Positions 47,212-57,410 of a stretch of 64,000 nt of DNA are shown here, piece by piece. Origin of the DNA: a phage; sequence record PZ179882.1. One strand, written 5' to 3'. Positions within the stretch are counted from its first letter, which is position 1. Each line of letters begins with the position of its first letter. The notes beneath the pieces are model-generated. The model did no database searches, had not been told where the DNA came from, and saw nothing but the letters and a program-made list of their open reading frames with translations. The translations under genes and the position numbers were made by a program.

Positions 47212-47325
47212 ATTAATACCTACTCCAACAATCAAGATGTCTTCACACGAAATTAAGAGAAGAGTGATCAGTTCAACCCCTATAATCGCGTCAAGTAGAT
47301 ATTAATGTGACAGTTGTCACAAATT

Positions 47326-47400
47326 TGGCGGACGTGATAGGATTCGAACCTATAACCAATCGCTTAACAGGCGATCGCTCTGCCATTGAGCTACACATCC
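47326..47400 (-). tRNA. tRNA-Asn (anticodon GUU)
   Basis: Acceptor GGATGTG/CACGTCC, anticodon loop CTGTTAA, T-loop TTCGAAT, CCA encoded. Confidence 0.7.
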
Positions 47401-47404
47401 AAAT

Positions 47405-47491
47405 TGGTGGGGAGTGATGGAGTCGAACCACCCGAGTCGCAATGACAATGGATTTACAGTCCACACCGCTACCTCTACGGGATAACTCCCC
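47405..47491 (-). tRNA. tRNA-Tyr (anticodon GUA), long variable arm
   Basis: Acceptor GGGGAGT/ACTCCCC, anticodon loop CTGTAAA as in bacterial tRNA-Tyr, 87 nt, CCA encoded. Confidence 0.7.
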
Positions 47492-47503
47492 TAATTCGTA
47501 ATT

Positions 47504-47578
47504 TGGTGGCCCTGGGTGGAATTGAACCACCATCTGGCGATTATGAGTCGCTTGCTTGAACCTTCCAGCTACAGGGCC
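47504..47578 (-). tRNA. tRNA with CAU anticodon (Ile2-type or Met)
   Basis: Acceptor GGCCCTG/CAGGGCC, anticodon stem-loop GCGA-CTCATAA-TCGC resembling lysidine-type tRNA-Ile2; CCA encoded. Confidence 0.7.
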
Positions 47579-47579
47579 T

Positions 47580-47655
47580 TGGTGCTGATTGACGGAATCG
47601 AACCGCCGACCTTCTCATTACAAGTGAGTTGCTCTACCTACTGAGCTAAATCAGC
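47580..47655 (-). tRNA. tRNA-Thr (anticodon UGU)
   Basis: Acceptor GCTGATT/AATCAGC, anticodon loop CTTGTAA, T-loop TTCGATT, CCA encoded. Confidence 0.75.
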
Positions 47656-47660
47656 AAAAC

Positions 47661-47750
47661 TGGCGGAGGCGATAGGATTTGAACCTATGAGTCGCCGGAG
47701 CGACTGCCGGTTTTCAAGACCGGTGCATTAAACCACTCTGCCACGCCTCC
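47661..47750 (-). tRNA. tRNA-Ser (anticodon UGA), long variable arm
   Basis: Acceptor GGAGGCG/CGCCTCC, anticodon stem CCGGT/ACCGG with loop CTTGAAA, 90 nt. Confidence 0.8.
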
Positions 47751-47752
47751 AG

Positions 47753-47826
47753 TCTCCGTGGCAGGATTTGAACCTACGACATTCTGCTCCCAAAGCAGAC
47801 GCTCTACCAAACTGAGCTACACGAAG
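47753..47826 (-). tRNA. tRNA-Pro (anticodon UGG), CCA not encoded
   Basis: Acceptor CTTCGTG/CACGGAG, anticodon loop TTTGGGA; abuts tRNA-Ser, like the classic T4 Pro-Ser dimeric precursor. Confidence 0.75.
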
Positions 47827-47836
47827 TAAATTAAAT

Positions 47837-47910
<74 letters not shown>

Positions 47911-47915
47911 AAATT

Positions 47916-48002
47916 TGGTGCGAGAAGTGGGACTCGAACCCACAAGGAAATCATTCCGCAGCATTTTAAGTGCTGTGCCTTTACCAATTTGACCATTCTC
48001 GC
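47916..48002 (-). tRNA. tRNA-Leu (anticodon UAA), long variable arm
   Basis: Acceptor GCGAGAA/TTCTCGC, anticodon stem CAGCA/TGCTG with loop CTTAAAA, 87 nt. Confidence 0.75.
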
Positions 48003-48008
48003 TCTATA

Positions 48009-48641
48009 TTATTTATTACGTGAAAAAGATTGTTCTATCAATTCTGGACACTTTCGTTCTATCCATTTTCTAGCTTTTTGTGGGCTTATACCTATTATTT
48101 TAGCAGCTTTACTAACCCATCCAAATTTAGAATAATCGATTTTAACTAATTCTTCGTAAATTTCATCAGTTAAAATCTTTTCATTAATATTTACCAGTAA
48201 ATGATATAATTTATTATCATTAGCAATTTTAATGAATCTTTTATAGTTTCCGCCTTTACTTAAACCTAATGAAGTAATTGCAGATGATATAGTAGCTGAA
48301 TTTAATAGTGCGTTTAAAATTTCTTCATCACTAACATTATAACGCTTTTTATTATTTTTAATATTTTTACCGGCAAAAGTATCAGTTTGCGAATGGCAAT
48401 TTGGACATAATAATCTTAAATTTGATTTAAGATGATTTTTGTTATTTCCATCAATATGGTCTAATTGCAGAACAATATGCTTATTTTGCCATTTTGAAAT
48501 TTTACAAATTGCACACTCATATGGAAAAATATTTTCTTTTATTATTTTGTCTTTCAGCTTTCCTGTACTAAAATTTGGATGTTTTCCTTCAAAAATTTCA
48601 GCTAATTTAGTATCCATAATATAATTCCCAATTATTAACAA
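48009..48641 (-). CDS. HNH family endonuclease (free-standing, homing-endonuclease-like)
   Basis: HNH core CAICKISKWQNKHIVLQLDHIDGNNKNHLKSNLRLLCPNCHSQTD; probable real start at internal Met MDTKLAEIF; the stop codon lies 6 nt from the tRNA-Leu 5' end. Confidence 0.7.
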   Translation of the reverse strand: MLIIGNYIMDTKLAEIFEGKHPNFSTGKLKDKIIKENIFPYECAICKISKWQNKHIVLQLDHIDGNNKNHLKSNLRLLCPNCHSQTDTFAGKNIKNNKKRYNVSDEEILNALLNSATISSAITSLGLSKGGNYKRFIKIANDNKLYHLLVNINEKILTDEIYEELVKIDYSKFGWVSKAAKIIGISPQKARKWIERKCPELIEQSFSRNK

Positions 48642-48727
48642 AGGCTCTCAAACAAGAACCCTTGATGATAGAGGGTATTAATCAGTGCGATATGAGTTAA
48701 TAATAACAAATAATTCTTAAAGCATAT

Positions 48728-49015
48728 TTACCATTTATAATAATACATATTTACGATGCATTCAAGACCCAAAGGATTCTTGAAAATATCATATTCAAGA
48801 GGACCTTTTTCTGTTTCAATAAAGAAATCAAAATTTACTGTATTAAATTTACGTTCTTCCTTCACTAATTTAACTTGAGAAGATGAACGGTCAATGTAAA
48901 CCTTTTCAACTTCAAAACATGTTAAAATGCCATAATCATCAATCAAAGCTTTAGCCGCGTCTTGATCATATTTATATCCATTTTCAATGGATGATACTTT
49001 TGCATAAAGAATCAT
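48728..49015 (-). CDS. hypothetical protein
   Basis: 95 aa ORF. Confidence 0.45.
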   Translation of the reverse strand: MILYAKVSSIENGYKYDQDAAKALIDDYGILTCFEVEKVYIDRSSSQVKLVKEERKFNTVNFDFFIETEKGPLEYDIFKNPLGLECIVNMYYYKW

Positions 49016-49017
49016 TA

Positions 49018-49416
49018 TCAGCCTTCATCAACAATAGTGTGAGTATTAGCATTTACGATTTGCCACCAATCAAAGCGATTAGAATCCATCGGTTTGTTTT
49101 CATTTTCTTTGATAATGTCACGGAGTTCATCTTCAGAGAATGCTTTAGCAATTAAATCGGTATACCCACCACGGGGATAATAATTATCACCTGCAAACAA
49201 AAGGAAATTTACCTTCCCGGAAGCAACATATGCTTCCTTAGGATACTTGTTTCCTGCGTGGTCAACCACTTCAATATAACGGTAAGGAATATCGGTTCTT
49301 TCAACCCATTGCCATGCCGCCGCAGGGGAATCGAAAGCATCTACACCTAAACGATTATCTTCATCTTTAGACGGATTATTTTCGTAATCCGCATATACAT
49401 AATATTCAACGTTCAT
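49018..49416 (-). CDS. hypothetical protein
   Basis: 132 aa ORF. Confidence 0.45.
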   Translation of the reverse strand: MNVEYYVYADYENNPSKDEDNRLGVDAFDSPAAAWQWVERTDIPYRYIEVVDHAGNKYPKEAYVASGKVNFLLFAGDNYYPRGGYTDLIAKAFSEDELRDIIKENENKPMDSNRFDWWQIVNANTHTIVDEG

Positions 49417-49601
49417 TATTCACCTTTAGAAATTTTATCCATAACAATAGCAATTAAACCAATTAAAAATGCTACTACAAGTGAAAAAACATTTTCTGCC
49501 GTAGTCAATAATCCGCATATAAATCCAACAATCATTGAAAAACTGAAAGCGGAAGCAGAAATTGCAATAGCAACATTTCGAATTAATTCACAACGTTTCA
49601 T
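49416..49601 (-). CDS. small membrane protein
   Basis: 61 aa, two hydrophobic helices; preceded by an early promoter and GAGGAG. Confidence 0.45.
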   Translation of the reverse strand: MKRCELIRNVAIAISASAFSFSMIVGFICGLLTTAENVFSLVVAFLIGLIAIVMDKISKGE

Positions 49602-49628
49602 TTTATTCTCCTCAGTAGTAGATAGGGT

Positions 49629-49659
49629 AATAGTATCACTACCCTATCTAAAAGTAAAC
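49629..49659 (-). promoter_or_regulatory. T4-type early promoter
   Basis: Minus strand GTTTAC, spacer, TACTAT. Confidence 0.5.
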
Positions 49660-49893
49660 TTATTTTTTACGAAAAATTGATTTATTTTCTGCTGCCCATT
49701 TTTCAATAACTGCAGCAGGACCAGTAACAACAATTTTATCACCGTAATCTTCTGCGGCGAGTTGACCGAAATTATCTAATGCATCACGAAGAACTCCATG
49801 AGGCATTTCACCCATTTTATCTTTCTTGCCGGTGTAAATAAACTCAACTTTTACATCAGCAGTTTCAGCAATAAATTCTTGGTAAGTTTTCAT
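49660..49893 (-). CDS. internal protein (ipI-like)
   Basis: Begins MKTYQEFIAE at the internal Met, the canonical internal-protein leader; located next to 57B where T4 carries ipI. Confidence 0.6.
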   Translation of the reverse strand: MKTYQEFIAETADVKVEFIYTGKKDKMGEMPHGVLRDALDNFGQLAAEDYGDKIVVTGPAAVIEKWAAENKSIFRKK

Positions 49894-49925
49894 TTTGATT
49901 TCCATTTGGTTTTGTTTTGATAGGG

Positions 49926-49956
49926 TAATAGTATCACAACTAAAACCCTATGTAAA
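49926..49956 (-). promoter_or_regulatory. T4-type early promoter
   Basis: Minus strand GTTTACA, spacer, TACTAT. Confidence 0.5.
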
Positions 49957-49969
49957 CAACTTTGTGAAA

Positions 49970-50654
<685 letters not shown>

Positions 50655-50655
<1 letters not shown>

Positions 50656-51380
50656 TATAGTACCTTTAGTGTATTTTTAATTTTAGAAAAAAGTTCTTCA
50701 AGAGAACCATCGTTTGTAATTACTAAATCGCCATCACGAATTGGCAATCCAGCTTCTGTAATATGTGTATCATTGGATTTTTGACCAGGACGAACTACAT
50801 GAATTACTGTAGCACCCATCGCCCTAGCCGCATCCATTTCATGATCTTGACGGGTATCAGGAACGATATAATAATCATAACCTGAGTTAAATTTATCAAG
50901 ATAATCTAAAGCAAATAATTTTACCCAGTACATGCGGTCGAAGTTATTAACAATCAAATCCGTACCTAGGGCTTGCATCAGACGACGGACTGACCATTGA
51001 TCTTCAATATTATTTATAACGTCAGTAATTTTGTTAAATGCTACGAAATTAACTGATTCTTTTCCTTCGTCATCAAAAACAAACACACCTTTAATTGGGC
51101 TTTTACCATTAAGATAGCAAAATGCTTGTTCCATAATCGTGATTACTTCTAATTTAGTCAGATTTAAATTAGTCTCACGATCATAGTCAATTCCTTCAAA
51201 CTCTTTACGAGTTAAGCAAGGATAGTCGGTGTTTGCTGCAAATACACCCCATGCATAAGCCAATGCATCCTTAATAGGACCAGCAAGTTGATATTTAACT
51301 GCAGAATAATTATTCATGATAAAATCTGCAGTAGTATCTTTTCCACTACGCTTTACACCACTTAAAAAGATTAGTTTCAT
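50655..51380 (-). CDS. 1: deoxynucleoside monophosphate kinase
   Basis: 241 aa; P-loop GVKRSGKDT; size matches T4 gp1. Confidence 0.9.
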
Positions 51381-51429
51381 GTGTTTCTCCTCAAATTTAG
51401 TTAAGATTATAACACATGAAACTTAAGCA

Positions 51430-51960
51430 TTAAACTTCTGCTATAATTTTGCCATCTTTTTCTACTTGAAAATACGTATAAGGAATCGTTGCTGTGCATA
51501 CTAAAGCTGGGTCTGAATCTTCTGTGTAGCTAAATTCTACTTCAGACAGGTCAGAAACCCAAGGCTTATAAAAATTTATTGACATCACGATTTCAGTTTT
51601 ACTATTATCTAAAATGTAAAGCGTAATGTACTCAGGACCTGTTTTTTGGGCAGTATTTTCGCCTGTAAGATAGTTACTAGTTCCTAGCATCCATTCATAC
51701 ATTCCTATCCACGACTTAAGCTCTTCATCAACTATAAATCTCACGATGAGTGGATCGTACTCAAATGTAACACCTGGACGTTGTGCTCGGCCTAGTCCAA
51801 ACGGCCCAGTCACGGTATCAGTAACAGGTATCCTAATTCCTGGAATAGGAACTGACTGAGCATTTAAAGTAAAAGCAGATGTAGTATTACTATGCGGTAT
51901 TGATACTACAAAGTTAGTTGTATTTGCTTGGTTAAAAATTTGTTGCAGAGCTTGCGACAT
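51430..51960 (-). CDS. 3: tail completion and sheath stabiliser gp3
   Basis: 176 aa from the internal Met (MSQALQQIF); position between genes 1 and 2. Confidence 0.7.
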   Translation of the reverse strand: MSQALQQIFNQANTTNFVVSIPHSNTTSAFTLNAQSVPIPGIRIPVTDTVTGPFGLGRAQRPGVTFEYDPLIVRFIVDEELKSWIGMYEWMLGTSNYLTGENTAQKTGPEYITLYILDNSKTEIVMSINFYKPWVSDLSEVEFSYTEDSDPALVCTATIPYTYFQVEKDGKIIAEV

Positions 51961-52066
51961 ATATTCCTCATAATGCTTTATAAATGTTGGTGGTATAATG
52001 GGTCTAAGTCCCTTCCATTCAATTCCAATTAGAACAAACAATAGAAAAGAATGGAAGATAATAGAA

Positions 52067-52891
52067 TTAGATATTTGACCAGACTTTGTTTGCAGAGAAA
52101 CGTTTTCCTTTTGAAACGAACTGCTGAAGTGGCATTAACACAACGTTCGCCCAGTCTTTCGGGGCGATTTCAACAAGGCTACCCATAATATTACCAGGTA
52201 TATATGCCTTAATCATTTGGTCTGCACCCCTAAATCCTTTCACTTGACTCCAATCAATTTTTAATTTCGTTTTATTAGTAATAGTAGGTGTATTTGAATA
52301 TTGCTTTAAAAGCTCTTCTAGAAACTGTTGACGAGCTTTAGGTGGAATATAGTGCAAGTTCAATCCATACATTAAATTATGTTTACCTAAACCGAGGTAA
52401 ATTATCAAAGGAAATTTATCCCAATAAGGAAGAGTTTCCTTGTGTTTAGCATCATAAGCAAAAGCATATATTCGTCCCGGCTGCGGGCGAACAACCTTAT
52501 GTCCTTTTACTTGCTTAATAGTTTCAGCAAACCACTTTCTGGTTTTATTATTAATTGCTGCACCTTCATTACGAATTTTATCACGCAATGTTTGTCTGAA
52601 TGAATTTATCATAAGCAGTTGTCTTTCTTGCTTATTGAGTTTATTCATTGGTTTTGATTCAAGATTTTGAATCTTTTCAGCCGTTTTAATTCCTGAAGCA
52701 TATTTTGACATTGCCGAAGTAAACGTAGAGTATTTGATTCCTCTTTCTTCAGCAAATTGCTTTCCTGTCATTCCTTTTGCTTTGGCCTTTTTATATTCAA
52801 GACCTATCTGAATCCATTTCTTTTCGTTTAATGATTGCTTAACCTTTGGAACTTGGGGAGTGCTTTCATTAATTATTTGAAAAATAGCCAT
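52067..52891 (-). CDS. 2: DNA end protector gp2
   Basis: 274 aa basic protein; size and position as in T4. Confidence 0.8.
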   Translation of the reverse strand: MAIFQIINESTPQVPKVKQSLNEKKWIQIGLEYKKAKAKGMTGKQFAEERGIKYSTFTSAMSKYASGIKTAEKIQNLESKPMNKLNKQERQLLMINSFRQTLRDKIRNEGAAINNKTRKWFAETIKQVKGHKVVRPQPGRIYAFAYDAKHKETLPYWDKFPLIIYLGLGKHNLMYGLNLHYIPPKARQQFLEELLKQYSNTPTITNKTKLKIDWSQVKGFRGADQMIKAYIPGNIMGSLVEIAPKDWANVVLMPLQQFVSKGKRFSANKVWSNI

Positions 52892-53343
52892 TATGCCCCC
52901 TTAAAGCCAAGAGCTCGTAATCCATCTTCTGTTAGAATTCTAAATTTTATTCCACGCTTTTCAGCTAAAGATTGTGCTGCTTTCCATTTGTCGGTATTAA
53001 CAGAATATGTATAAATTTCATTCATAAATCTTTTCTTCGCTGCGGTTGTTAGATGTGCTGGTTTAACTGGTGGTTGTGTTTCTTTTTTAGGTTTTATTTC
53101 AATAAAAAATTCTTGTCCAGAAGAATCTTTCATCCAAATATCCATGAAGTATCTACGTTTTTTCCCTTCTGCATTACAAAAATAAGGAATTACTGCTGTT
53201 TCACTACCCCATGCAATAATTTCTGGATTTTTATCTAACCATTCAAAAAAGAATTTTTCCCAATTTGATCTATACGTAATTTTTTTAGGGTCACCTCTAT
53301 ATTTTGATATATTTTTAGGAACCCATTTTCCAGAATATGCCAT
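52891..53343 (-). CDS. 4: head completion protein gp4
   Basis: 150 aa; position adjacent to the divergent gene 53. Confidence 0.8.
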   Translation of the reverse strand: MAYSGKWVPKNISKYRGDPKKITYRSNWEKFFFEWLDKNPEIIAWGSETAVIPYFCNAEGKKRRYFMDIWMKDSSGQEFFIEIKPKKETQPPVKPAHLTTAAKKRFMNEIYTYSVNTDKWKAAQSLAEKRGIKFRILTEDGLRALGFKGA

Positions 53344-53354
53344 TGGATTCTCCT

Positions 53355-53362
53355 TATAAATA
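53355..53362 (+). promoter_or_regulatory. late promoter (TATAAATA) for gene 53
   Basis: Exact TATAAATA about 30 nt upstream of the gene 53 start, followed by GGAGGG. Confidence 0.65.
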
Positions 53363-53390
53363 GATAATATATTTATAAACAGGAGGGCCC

Positions 53391-53981
53391 ATGCTCTTTA
53401 CATTTTTTGATCCGATTGAATATGCGGCCAAAACGGTGAATAAAAACGCGCCGACTATTCCTATGACAGATATTTTTAGAAACTATAAAGACTATTTTAA
53501 ACGCGCTCTTGCGGGATACCGCTTACGTACTTATTATATCAAAGGTTCACCACGCCCGGAAGAATTAGCAAATACTATATATGGAAATCCGCAGTTGTAT
53601 TGGGTTTTATTGATGTGTAATGATAATTATGATCCGTATTATGGATGGATTACTTCGCAAGAAGCTGCTTATCAAGCATCTATACAAAAATACAAAAACG
53701 TAGGTGGAGACCAAATAGTATATCATGTGAATGAGAACGGTGAAAAATTTTATAATTTAATATCATACGATGATAATCCATATGTTTGGTATGACAAAGG
53801 CGATAAAGCTAGAAAATATCCTCAATATGAAGGAGCACTTGCTGCGGTCGATACGTATGAAGCTGCTGTTCTTGAAAATGAAAAACTTCGTCAAATAAAA
53901 ATAATAGCAAAATCAGACATCAATTCATTTATGAACGACCTTATACGTATAATGGAGAAATCTTATGGAAATGATAAGTAA
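53391..53981 (+). CDS. 53: baseplate wedge protein gp53
   Basis: 196 aa; size and position as in T4. Confidence 0.85.
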   Translation: MLFTFFDPIEYAAKTVNKNAPTIPMTDIFRNYKDYFKRALAGYRLRTYYIKGSPRPEELANTIYGNPQLYWVLLMCNDNYDPYYGWITSQEAAYQASIQKYKNVGGDQIVYHVNENGEKFYNLISYDDNPYVWYDKGDKARKYPQYEGALAAVDTYEAAVLENEKLRQIKIIAKSDINSFMNDLIRIMEKSYGNDK

Positions 53982-55695
53982 TAACCTTAATTGGTTTGTT
54001 GGTGTTGTTGAAGATAGAATGGACCCATTAAAATTAGGTCGTGTTCGTGTTCGTGTAGTTGGTCTGCATCCACCTCAAAGAGCACAAGGCGATGTAATGG
54101 GTATTCCAACTGAAAAATTACCATGGATGTCAGTTATTCAACCTATAACTTCTGCAGCAATGTCTGGAATTGGAGGTTCTGTTACTGGACCGGTAGAAGG
54201 AACTAGAGTTTATGGTCATTTTTTAGACAAATGGAAAACTAACGGAATTGTCCTTGGCACGTATGGTGGAATAGTTCGCGAAAAACCGAATAGACTTGAA
54301 GGATTTTCTGACCCAACTGGACAGTATCCTAGACGTCTAGGAAATGATACTAACGTATTAAACCAAGGCGGAGAAGTAGGATATGATTCGTCTTCTAATA
54401 TTATCCAAGATAGCAATCTAGACACTGCGATAAATCCTGATGATAGACCGCTATCAGAGATTCCAACTGATGATAATCCAAATATGTCAATGGCTGAAAT
54501 GCTTCGCCGTGATGAAGGATTAAGACTAAAAGTTTATTGGGATACAGAAGGATATCCGACAATTGGTATTGGTCATCTTATCATGAAGCAGCCAGTTCGT
54601 GATATGGCCCAAATTAATAAAGTTTTATCAAAACAAGTTGGTCGTGAAATTACCGGAAATCCAGGTTCTATTACAATGGAAGAAGCGGTAACTTTATTTG
54701 AACGCGATTTGGCTGATATGCAACGTGACATTAAATCACATTCTAAAGTTGGCCCAGTTTGGCAAGCAGTTAATCGTTCTCGTCAAATGGCGTTAGAAAA
54801 TATGGCATTCCAAATGGGCGTTGGTGGCGTAGCTAAATTTAACACAATGTTAACTGCTATGTTAGCCGGAGATTGGGAAAAAGCATATAAAGCCGGTCGT
54901 GATTCATTGTGGTATCAACAAACAAAAGGCCGTGCATCGCGTGTTACCATGATTATTCTTACAGGGAATTTGGAATCATACGGTATTGAAGTTAAAACAC
55001 CAGCTAGGTCTTTGTCAGCAATGGCTGCTACTGTAGCAAAGTCTTCTGACCCGGCCGATCCTCCTATTCCGAATGATTCAAGAATTTTATTCAAAGAACC
55101 TGTTTCTTCATATAAAGGTGAGTATCCGTATGTTCATACAATGGAAACTGAAAGCGGTCATATTCAGGAATTTGATGATACCCCTGGGCAAGAGCGATAC
55201 AGATTAGTTCATCCGACTGGAACGTATGAGGAAGTATCACCGTCAGGAAGAAGAACAAGAAAAACTGTTGATAATTTGTATGATATAACAAATGCTGACG
55301 GTAATTTTTTGGTAGCCGGCGATAAAAAGACTAACGTCGGTGGATCAGAAATTTACTACAACATGGATAATCGTCTTCACCAAATAGATGGAAGCAACAC
55401 AATATTTGTCCGTGGCGATGAAACTAAGACAGTTGAAGGTAATGGAACTATCCTAGTTAAAGGTAATGTTACTATTGTAGTTGAAGGTAATGCTGATATT
55501 ACAGTTAAAGGGGATGCTACTACTTTAGTTGAAGGAAATCAAACTAATACAGTAAATGGAAATCTTTCTTGGAAAGTTGCTGGGACAGTTGATTGGGACG
55601 TTGGTGGTGATTGGACAGAAAAAATGGCATCTATGAGTTCTATTTCATCTGGTCAATACACAATTGATGGTAGCCGTATAGACGTAGGTTTATAA
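53965..55695 (+). CDS. 5: baseplate hub and tail lysozyme gp5
   Basis: 576 aa; lysozyme domain MAEMLRRDEGLRLKVYWDTEGYPTIGIGHL homologous to gene e; C-terminal VxGxxTxxVEGN beta-helix repeats. Confidence 0.95.
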   Translation: MEMISNNLNWFVGVVEDRMDPLKLGRVRVRVVGLHPPQRAQGDVMGIPTEKLPWMSVIQPITSAAMSGIGGSVTGPVEGTRVYGHFLDKWKTNGIVLGTYGGIVREKPNRLEGFSDPTGQYPRRLGNDTNVLNQGGEVGYDSSSNIIQDSNLDTAINPDDRPLSEIPTDDNPNMSMAEMLRRDEGLRLKVYWDTEGYPTIGIGHLIMKQPVRDMAQINKVLSKQVGREITGNPGSITMEEAVTLFERDLADMQRDIKSHSKVGPVWQAVNRSRQMALENMAFQMGVGGVAKFNTMLTAMLAGDWEKAYKAGRDSLWYQQTKGRASRVTMIILTGNLESYGIEVKTPARSLSAMAATVAKSSDPADPPIPNDSRILFKEPVSSYKGEYPYVHTMETESGHIQEFDDTPGQERYRLVHPTGTYEEVSPSGRRTRKTVDNLYDITNADGNFLVAGDKKTNVGGSEIYYNMDNRLHQIDGSNTIFVRGDETKTVEGNGTILVKGNVTIVVEGNADITVKGDATTLVEGNQTNTVNGNLSWKVAGTVDWDVGGDWTEKMASMSSISSGQYTIDGSRIDVGL

Positions 55696-55713
55696 ATAAT
55701 TCAGAGGTGAATT

Positions 55714-56580
55714 ATGAAAAAATCTAACACTGTTCAATTTAGATACATATATAAAACAACCGTTACTAATCCGAAAGGATTAGTACGTGTTTATATTGGT
55801 AAACATGAATCTAGATATTTTGATTTAGAAAATGACAAGTATATAGGTTCCGGTGATTATATTAAAAAGATACGCAATAAACCTGGTTATAAAATAGATT
55901 TTGAAATAATTGAATTTGTTTCTACTTATGAAATTCTTAATTTAAGAGAAAGGTATTGGATTTCGAAATATAAATCATCTGACATTCTATGTACCAATAT
56001 AAAATCCGGCGGTGATGGTTTTTCATCCGAAGATTTGAAGAGAATGTGGTCTAATCCTGAATATAGGAAAGCTCAATTGAAGGCATTAGCTAAATCAACG
56101 TCAACTAAAGAATTTTCAGAGAAAATATCTAAAATAAACAAAGAAAGATGCGCATCACCAGAATATCGAAAGAAAATGAGTAATGCGATGAAAACTGCTT
56201 TTGAAAATGACCCGACATTAAAAATTCGTATTTCTAATACTGTTAAATCTTTATGGAAATCCGATGAATACAGAAATAAATTAATCAATCATCCAGGAAA
56301 AATAGAAGGAACGAAACAATCATGGAATGATCCTTTGATAAGAAAATCGAGATTAGATGCTAGAAATAAAAAACTAAGATCAGTTGAACCTTGGATTAGT
56401 ATAGAAAAAGTCAAAAAACTTTGGGAGGATTTGGGAAAACCGCATCCGCAGAAATACAAATGGTTTAGAGAAAAAGCAATTGAACATGACCTTCCGGATG
56501 TAAGTTATAACGCAATTTTAAAAGCTTTGAAAAAATGTGATTATAAATTTACATCATTAGAGAATTCAACAATTGGCTAA
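55714..56580 (+). CDS. GIY-YIG family endonuclease (Seg-like) inserted in the baseplate cluster
   Basis: 288 aa; N-terminal YIYKTT...VYIGKH...YIGSGDY; C-terminal repeated W.NPEYRK and SDEYRNK motifs. Confidence 0.65.
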   Translation: MKKSNTVQFRYIYKTTVTNPKGLVRVYIGKHESRYFDLENDKYIGSGDYIKKIRNKPGYKIDFEIIEFVSTYEILNLRERYWISKYKSSDILCTNIKSGGDGFSSEDLKRMWSNPEYRKAQLKALAKSTSTKEFSEKISKINKERCASPEYRKKMSNAMKTAFENDPTLKIRISNTVKSLWKSDEYRNKLINHPGKIEGTKQSWNDPLIRKSRLDARNKKLRSVEPWISIEKVKKLWEDLGKPHPQKYKWFREKAIEHDLPDVSYNAILKALKKCDYKFTSLENSTIG

Positions 56581-57109
56581 TATACTTCCAATGAGCGCTG
56601 ATTTAGGAGAATCCATGGAAGGTTCTTCTATCGACGTCACCTTTACCGCTCAATTAGAAACAGGTGAAACGTTAGTATCTATAAATATAACTAGTTACGA
56701 AGAAACTCCTGGGGTTTTAGTAGAAGAAAATCGTTTATATGGAACGTATGAATCTGTATTTGGATTTGGAAATGACGCATTGAAATATCGTTTAGATGAT
56801 GAATTTAAAACTGCTGCTTCATGGGAAGACCTTCCAACTGATTCTAATACTCAGTTATATCTATGGAAAGCTCCTCAAAACCTCCAGAAGACATTCACTT
56901 ATGAAGTAACATTAATATATGACTACCAAGAACAAAGTGAATCTGGAGGTTCTGGCAGTAATTCTAGGTCATCTTCTGATACTACTGAACCAACGGATCC
57001 TCCTGCTCCAATAAGAAAAACTCTTGTTAAAAATTACACAAAAACTATAGTTGGAAATTGGAGCCGTTGGGCTAATAAATTGAGAAGCTACGTATATGAG
57101 AGGCAATAA
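56573..57109 (+). CDS. gp5.1-like protein
   Basis: 178 aa ORF between the Seg-like gene and 5.4; assignment positional. Confidence 0.5.
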
Positions 57110-57402
57110 TGTCAGGATTAAGTTATGATAAGTGTGTTACTGCTGGCCATGAAGCATGGCCTCCAACAGTTGTGAATGCTACACAAAGTAAAGTATTCAC
57201 CGGAGGAATTGCTGTTCTCGTAGCAGGTGATCCAATTACAGAACATACAGAAATTAAAAAGCCATATGAAACACATGGCGGAGTGACACAACCTAGAACT
57301 TCTAAGGTATATGTCACTGGAAAGAAAGCTGTTCAAATGGCTGATCCAATATCATGCGGTGATACTGTGGCTCAGGCATCATCTAAAGTATTCATTAAAT
57401 AG
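57109..57402 (+). CDS. 5.4: PAAR-like spike tip protein gp5.4
   Basis: 97 aa, matching the T4 gp5.4 length, immediately upstream of gene 6. Confidence 0.7.
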
Positions 57403-57410
57403 GATTTAAA

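Noticed and set aside
55380-55600. Tandem repeats (VEGN... units) near the 3' end of gene 5
   Set aside because: These are the coding repeats of the gp5 C-terminal beta-helix needle, not a non-coding repeat element.
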